A stretch of 64,000 nucleotides of DNA from the NCBI GenBank assembly GCA_012295275.1, contig CM022672.1, positions 22,568,001 to 22,632,000 on the forward strand. Reading direction: 5' to 3'. Position 1 is the stretch's first letter. Every line of letters begins with the position of its first letter. Shown here one piece after another: positions 56,852 through 64,000 of this stretch. The translations under genes were made by a program, and so were the position numbers. The stretch is from Chrysomallon squamiferum (taxonomy: Eukaryota; Animalia; Mollusca). The notes under the pieces were generated by a model. That model did no database searches. It worked only from the letters and a program-made list of their open reading frames with translations, and was not told where the DNA came from.

Positions 56852-57359
56852 GGTTTCTGGAGGATGCAATGGCACCCTCCAAAAAAAAAAAAATAATAAT
56901 AATAAATAAAAAAATAAAAAAACAGATAAAAACAACAACAACAATAAAACAAAAATCAAATATCAAATTCTGCTTCACCAACTACAGTGGAAGCTGACTG
57001 TATTTCATTCATGTTACTATTAATTTAAGACAATATATTACAACATCTACACTGGATGTGTTATCATGATTTTATGACAGATTAAATGGCAGCTTCCATG
57101 CTTTTATATTTCTTTATTGTATGCAAAGGTAATTTAACAATAAAAGAATCACTGAGAAGTATACAGAACATATACTAAAATTGTGTTTGTGCAAACACAC
57201 ATGGACAAATAAATGTGGGGATACAAGGGCAACTAACCACCAAAATTGTGTTAAAATAGTGGGAAACATTAAGGCAAAGCAAAGAAACATTGGTAGGCTT
57301 TTTTATGTGTGTAGTATTTCTGGCAAGTTAGTGCTGCTGACCCCATTAACCAATATGGC

Positions 57360-57366
<7 letters not shown>

Positions 57367-57431
<65 letters not shown>
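57367..57431. repeat. (AG)n microsatellite
   Basis: Direct tandem run. Confidence 0.95.
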
Positions 57432-57435
<4 letters not shown>

Positions 57436-57555
57436 AATTAAGCATTGTATCTGAAAGGATTGGTTAAAACAATAAGAAAAAGTATTCTTTACGAAACTAA
57501 TTTTGCTATTCGCAATTCATTCTATGATTAAATTTTAAAAATTTGAAAATCATTA

Positions 57556-57607
<52 letters not shown>

Positions 57608-57872
57608 CGAAATAAATGTATATAATTAATTGCAAATTTAAAATAAAGCAGTCACTGGATGATGATTTTGTTTCAGATGTAGTTCATCGTGGACATATTG
57701 AAATATTATACAGATGAAATGAATAATCCTTCACATAGCTTGTCTGAATATTAACATTATATTATGTAAATGACTTTGGTAAATTCTCACAGTTATTGTT
57801 TTTTTGCTCCCACTTTCGGACTGTTGTGACGGTTTCATTGTTAATTGTTGGATCGACCACAGACCGACCATG

Positions 57873-57880
57873 TGACGTCA
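57873..57880. promoter_or_regulatory. Palindromic CRE (TGACGTCA) in a CpG-richer patch upstream of the CCDC183-like gene
   Basis: Perfect TGACGTCA plus TGACG half-sites at ~57827 and ~57898, about 1 kb upstream of the ATG. Confidence 0.4.
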
Positions 57881-58124
57881 GTAAGAAAACAAAGCAATGA
57901 CGTTCAGTTAGACAATTCTTTATTAGGGATAATTCGCCTATTTTCGTATATCGCATTTCATATTCGTAAAACATCGTGAGAAAAAAGTTCAGAACAATAA
58001 TATTATTTCATGTCATTTCGTCAAAAATTAATAGTTAAAGATGATAACATTATTTTGATGTGAATTCATGAGCGGTTCTTGGTGTGGAAAACATATTACC
58101 GGACTTATTTTTAAATATTAAAAT

Positions 58125-58165
<41 letters not shown>

Positions 58166-58304
58166 GTAATAAAAGATGTCTGAATAATCATAATGGAGCA
58201 AACTGTTTAAATGCTTTACATATTATTTATTAAAAAAAAGAAAAAAAGAAACAGATCAAAATTTTATTATATCCATCATACTTCAGATATATCCCACAAA
58301 TATA

Positions 58305-58349
<45 letters not shown>

Positions 58350-58974
58350 TGTTGAAAGAGAAATAATCATCATGATTTTCTGTTCTACGAATTTAACATT
58401 TATTTAACATTTAACATTTATTAGTTTAAAAAATAATCTGAGGTGAGTATTGCTAGCAAGATAAATTAAGGTTACTGCCCCCTATTGCGAGTTTTGTTAG
58501 CATGGTCCTGGGACACTACCATATATGCCTACATTCTAAGGGGACCGTCTCAGATAGCAAGGCATTGCATTCTGGCCCTAGACATGACAAGATCTTGGTT
58601 AAATGTTAGTGAAATTGGCGACACTGGTCGTGTAGGTTTTTTTTTTCTTTTCTGTTTTTTTTTTTTTTGTTGTTGTTGGCCTGTTTTTTGTTTTTTTTTT
58701 TCGTTTTTTTTCTTCTGATTTACAAATGTAGAATTTTTAATAATGCTTCCTATTAATTAAGTATTGTTTTTACCTGGGTGAGTTTGTCCTTTTTGGAAAC
58801 GCCAGTGTTACGATGTTATTGTTATATATATATATATACTTTGAATCTTTCTATTATCAGTGGTTACTTAAAATCTTTGATTTGAAACCCGTTTTATGTG
58901 TTTGTTTTAGGACATGATAATTATTTTATTACCCACTTATTCCACCTTCCTCGAAACTGTCCCTCCTACAACCT

Positions 58975-59011
<37 letters not shown>

Positions 59012-59436
59012 TAATAATAATAATATTTAAATAAACAAACAAACAAAACAAAAAAAAAATAAATAAAACAAAATAGTTTATAAGCCATTCTTTGTGTACC
59101 GATTCCCTTGAATATTGGAATACCAGATTTATTAATACTGAATTTTAACTTGTTGTTATGAACAAAGCTTTTTGTGAACGTCCAAGTTGTTTTGGACAAC
59201 CTGTGATAGCAGCAATATTAAGCAATACGTTCGAATATAATGGAATTTATTGGTACGGTGCATATCTTTTGACTAATTTTTATGGTGTAGTTTTACCTTT
59301 AAAAACGCTTTGCGATAGAGTGAACCTTTAATCCAAAAGGTATGGATAATTAATGTCAAATAAATAAATAAATAAATAAATAAAATATTCATTTTACAGA
59401 AAATAATGTGTTGTCATTATGTGTTTAACAGTATCA

Positions 59437-59479
<43 letters not shown>

Positions 59480-60219
59480 TATTTATGTACTTCAGATTCG
59501 TAAGATTTCTAAAAAAAAAAAAAATAAAAAAAATTAATATATACATTTTGATGATGAAAAAAAAAATATCTTAAGCAAGTAATTATCAGACTTCCAGAAA
59601 ATCGATTTTAGAAGTATATTAACGTGCATCTATTATATAAAAATTTTATTACGTAGATTTCACTGTTTATTTCATATCAAAAATATGTACTGAGTTCGGG
59701 AAATCCGAAGCTTGCCAAACAAATGGTTTGGTTCCCATACGTTTATAGGGGAGTTATCAGTGAGTTACTTCCTCTTGTCAGTCTAACTTCTAAGGTAAGT
59801 GAAATGTTATTTTATTATTTAGGCAAGAATGTTCATTTTCGCATAGTATATATAATATGAAATCAATTAAGTTTTGAATTCTTATGCATTCGAGTATTTT
59901 TTTAGTTGTTGTTGAATGCCAGAAATAGGAAGAAAAGAAAAACAAATAATTATAAACTCAGTTTTAAATTTGGCGCTTACAGTCCATCTAACCGGAAGTG
60001 TGTTTTAATGAAAGCGAAAAGAAATACATTTTTACACGGTAATTTAATGACGAAATACGTTAATGTTTTTTGATGTAATCATTATTTATTATACATGTTA
60101 TCAAAATTATAAAAAAAAGAAAGAAAGAAAAAAGCGAGGCGGATTATAAAAATTAATTATTAGACATCGACACTGTAGACTACACTATTATTGAATATGA
60201 TTTTCAGCCATTCGGGTTG

Positions 60220-60291
60220 GCCGTGATCGTATAGTGGTTAGTACTTCGCGTTGTGGCCGCGACAACCCAGGTTCGAATCCTGGTCACGGCA
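60220..60291 (+). tRNA. trnH-GTG: tRNA-His (GTG)
   Basis: 72-nt cloverleaf: acceptor stem GCCGTGA/TCACGGC, anticodon arm TCGCG-TT-GTG-GC-CGCGA, T arm CCAGG-TTCGAAT-CCTGG, discriminator A. Oligo-T terminator at 60302-60306. Confidence 0.97.
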
Positions 60292-60345
60292 TACGGCTTT
60301 CTTTTTCAATTTTTATATTTATATATATTTATTTATTTTATTAAA

Positions 60346-60379
<34 letters not shown>

Positions 60380-60945
60380 TTTTTTTAGATATTATTTATT
60401 TATTTATTTATTATTATTATTATTATTTAGTAATATGTTTTGCATTATGTTTCTATAAAATTTTTTTGTTAAAAAGGTCAAATTGACGTGAAAATTTTAT
60501 GCAGTGTTTTGTTTCACATAATCATGGACTTTTCAGGTGTCATACAAACATTTAATACTATTATTTATAATATGAAAGAAGAATTAAAGAGAACATTACA
60601 ATTAATAATGGTAAAATAAATTTAAAAATTTTAAAAATACCTCGACGATGCGTTCAGAGCTGAAGGTGTTAACGTGAGAGTGTGAATCTTAACATTTAGC
60701 AGTTCATTTTAATTATATTTAATTTCGTCAGTATTTGAATATAACAGAATATGTGGGACTAAAATATAAACGAAAACGTGAAGCACAAGTGACAGACCTC
60801 TCATTCATTATTTTTATAAACGAAGAACGATATTTCTATGCAAGTAGCCCAGCCTCTTTAAATAAGATGGAAGATTTCTTTACTCAGAACTAACTGGTTT
60901 TGAGGACAACGCTGTTAAATTTGTTTCTTTCAGCTTCAGATGACG

Positions 60946-61017
60946 GCCGTGATCGTATAGTGGTTAGTACTTCGCGTTGTGGCCGCGACAACCCAGGTTC
61001 GAATCCTGGTCACGGCA
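60946..61017 (+). tRNA. trnH-GTG: tRNA-His (GTG), identical second copy
   Basis: Identical 72-nt sequence 726 bp downstream, with a TTTTT terminator at 61029-61033. Confidence 0.97.
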
Positions 61018-62264
61018 TTACCAGCTACTTTTTGCACCTTATTTTAAATAACAAATGAATGAAATCTGACATAATTGTAATAATAGAGTTGAAATATATA
61101 TTTAAGATAAAAAAAAAAAAAAATAATAATAAGAACACACAAATCGGCAACTATTTAAAAGATCGATTGTGTGCTTTGGGTCCACGCGGTTTGGACATTT
61201 ACGCTATCTTAAGACTGCGCTGCTCATTCTTACGATCCAGTGTTTGTATATGTCAAGGTGGTGCAAGGCAAGTTTAATCAGTCCTGCGCAATTTTGTGAT
61301 GCGGACTTACAACACTAGACCTACGCCTTAAAAGAAACTGTGGGAACAGCTGTAAATATCACTTCGCTCCCGGTTTGAAAGCATCTAGAACAGTGTCAAA
61401 TTTGTATTAATCAGTATTAAATTTAATGTTTTAAAATATTTATTTTATGTAAATTCATTTCGTCTTTTTATTTAGTTATATGATATTATCAGCGAATCAA
61501 AGGGTCTAATTAACTCCTGAAATCGGATCCATTAAACAATGTATATATATATATATATCCGAGAACTGTCCAGAAAGTGAAACAAATAGTAAGTTATCAG
61601 TCAGGACTCTGTCCTCATCATCACAGCGTACAAGAAATTACTTGTAGGTGTGGTGTGGATAAAAAAAAAAAAATGTCACCCCTTGTAATTTTATCACATG
61701 GGATCATGTTTTAACTTGCAAGCTATCTAATAATGCATGTGTTTTCTTCATTCAAATTTCTATTGGTGTACGATTTCTTTTTTGTAGGACAGTTTTTTTA
61801 CTTACTCACCCTACTGACCTCTTTTTACTCTGTTATGTAACCAAAGTGGAGTATGATGGGTGGTCCACTCAATGGACTGTATAAACATTATTATTATGTA
61901 AATTTTTAATTCTATAATATTATTTTATTGTCTTAATATTTATTTTTTGCGCATTGCCATTGCCTATCTGTTAATCCGATATAATAAACTAATTAAAATA
62001 ATAATTTTCAAGTAATTTAATATCTTAGTCGAGGCAGTTATTTTCTCTACATGGAAAACTCGATGGGGCTGGCATCCCCTGTATCTAAAACCGAGCATTT
62101 CCCTTTCCAAATGCAACGTCAGCGACATAAACATGATGACGATGATGAAGAACAACATGATAAGAATGTGGTCGAGAGTGATATTGCTGAATAGACTGAG
62201 TTTGTTTAGTAAACAATCTTAAGACAGCAGAGATCGGCAAATCTCACGGAACATATAGTTAAAC

Positions 62265-64000
62265 CAGTGTTTCTCGACCTTTTTTTACTCTCGACATATC
62301 TACGAGCGCATGAAACTGTCGCGACACAGTAATAATTTTAAATATTATATGATGAAATCGTAAAATAAATGAAAAAATACATATATGGACTTGTCTGATA
62401 CAGTTTATTATGTTAGTATCCCAGAACTGCCACTAACCTAGTGTGAAACTTGTGCCTGGTGTTGTCTTATGACTTCTTGAATATTTGGTCGTATGTGCGA
62501 TAAGCAAACTCTCATTTCTTCTTCAGTGGAACGTAGTCTTTCTCTCTTCTTATTTTTTATATTATTTAAGGTTGAAAAGCCCAATTCACACAAATAAGAA
62601 GTAGAGAATTGTAAAAGAACTAATAGGGCTTTTTCAGCTAATGCGGGAAATTCCTTTTGTATTGAAATCCAAAATGTGTCGATATCTACCTCAGAATGCT
62701 TTATTTTAAGACTGCGGTCACTTGAAATGGTAGCCAATTCTTCTTCTTCGCATAATTTAAACCCAATATTAGAAGGAACATCTACAAAAGGATTACGAAC
62801 CCAGTCGTACTTTTCAATGTTCAGCGACGGAAAGTAGTGGTCGATGTTTTCTTCGAGCGCTGTCAGATGCTCAACCACGATAGGGATCATTTCTTTAGTG
62901 CAGTTAGTACGCATTGTAGGAAACATATCAAACTCACCCAACTTTGCTCTGTTTTTCCAAATAACAATTTTCTTTTTAATGGCAACCAACTTATCTGTCG
63001 AAGTTAGAATATTGTCGTTTCGACCTTGCATACTACTGTTCACAATATTAAGTTGACCAAATATTTCCGTTAAATATTCCATTTTGGCCATCCAAAATTC
63101 ACATCGAAGATATTTACAAAATCTTTCGTGCTTTTCTTTATCAAAAAATACTATTAATTCCTTCTGTAATTCATGAATGCGAGTTAACACTTTACCTTTT
63201 GACAGCCATCGAACGTCCGTATGCATAAGAAAGCGAACATGTTGAGAATCCATTGATTTGCATACTTCTTCGAATAATCTCGACTTTATTGGCCTGCTTT
63301 TAATGTAATTGACAATTTCAACTACTTGATGTAACATTTGCTTCAAATCTTCTTGTGATACTTTTGAAACTAAAACTTCTCTATGTAAAAAGCAATGAGT
63401 ACGAACAAGATTTGGATTTTCTTTCTGTGCTAGTGATGCAAAACCTTTAATGCAGCCTACCAACACAAAACTTCCACGTCAAATTCATTTTTTTAAGATA
63501 GCCGGTTATCATATCAAAAATATCTTGACCTCTAGTAGTTGTTGGCATTTCTTTACAACACAAAAACTGACTGATTATTTCATCATCATTAATGAAACGA
63601 ACAAATACAAGCAATTGAGCACTGTTACTGATATCGTTCGATTCATCAACTATTAAAGCAAATTTAGATCCTTCAAGTTTTTTCTGAACATTAGTTTCAA
63701 TGTTTTCTGATAAATCTACAATTCTCCTGTGTATTGTATCATTTGAAAGCGGAATTTTACTAATTTCTTTTTCAGCTGTTTCACCTAACATGGATTTCAC
63801 CATCTTTTTACAAGCGGGAACGATAACTGACTCAGCAAGAGTGTGGGATTTGGATTTCATTGCTATTATTTCAGCTACCTCAATTGATGCGAGTTGAGCC
63901 CGATCATTGTTTTCTGAAAAACATTGCGTTGCTTTGATTGCTGTTGTAACAGTCTTTGAAAATAATTAAGATCTTTATCTTGTAGGTAGGAATGTTTAGT
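62265..64000 (-). mobile_element. hAT superfamily Buster/Charlie-type DNA transposon (3' end; continues beyond window)
   Basis: TIR CAGTGTTTCTC starts at 62265, preceded by AGTTAAAC (nnnTAnnn, the Buster target-site pattern). Transposase motifs lie internally. Confidence 0.9.
62438..64000 (-). pseudogene. Disrupted Buster-type transposase (ZBED8/SCAND3/FAM200-like family)
   Basis: Motifs IPLSNDT, FALIVDES, HCFLHRE, VRWLSKGKVL, WVRNPF, STSYLCELGFS and C-terminal QAQVSH*. Frameshifts at ~63905 and ~63460. Confidence 0.9.

Noticed and set aside
62438-63466. Domesticated ZBED8/SCAND3/FAM200-type host gene
   Set aside because: A TIR and Buster-pattern target site sit directly downstream and the frame is broken twice, which indicates a transposon copy.

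Overview
AT-rich, microsatellite-rich animal genomic DNA, most likely a mollusc (gastropod); the taxon is an inference from gene content and a SINE resemblance. Four spliced protein-coding genes were reconstructed by hand from splice sites and reading frames. (1) The 5' ankyrin-repeat half of TNNI3K on the minus strand, running off the window start. (2) A complete 109-aa GTF2A2 (TFIIA gamma), head-to-head with TNNI3K across a very compact shared promoter. (3) A 23-exon, ~1125-aa intracellular protein with ARM repeats, three FN3 domains and a long low-complexity tail, which I cannot assign to a named gene. (4) A CCDC183/CCDC151(ODAD3)-family coiled-coil gene on the minus strand. The window also holds two identical tRNA-His(GTG) genes, both with a genomic G at -1, a dead Buster-type hAT transposon, several MITEs, a decayed tRNA-derived SINE, minisatellites and many local tandem duplications. 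TNNI3K and the CCDC183-like gene carry small indels that may be assembly errors or real lesions. Most short ORFs in the supplied track are low-complexity noise. No prokaryote-type system (CRISPR, operon) is present.
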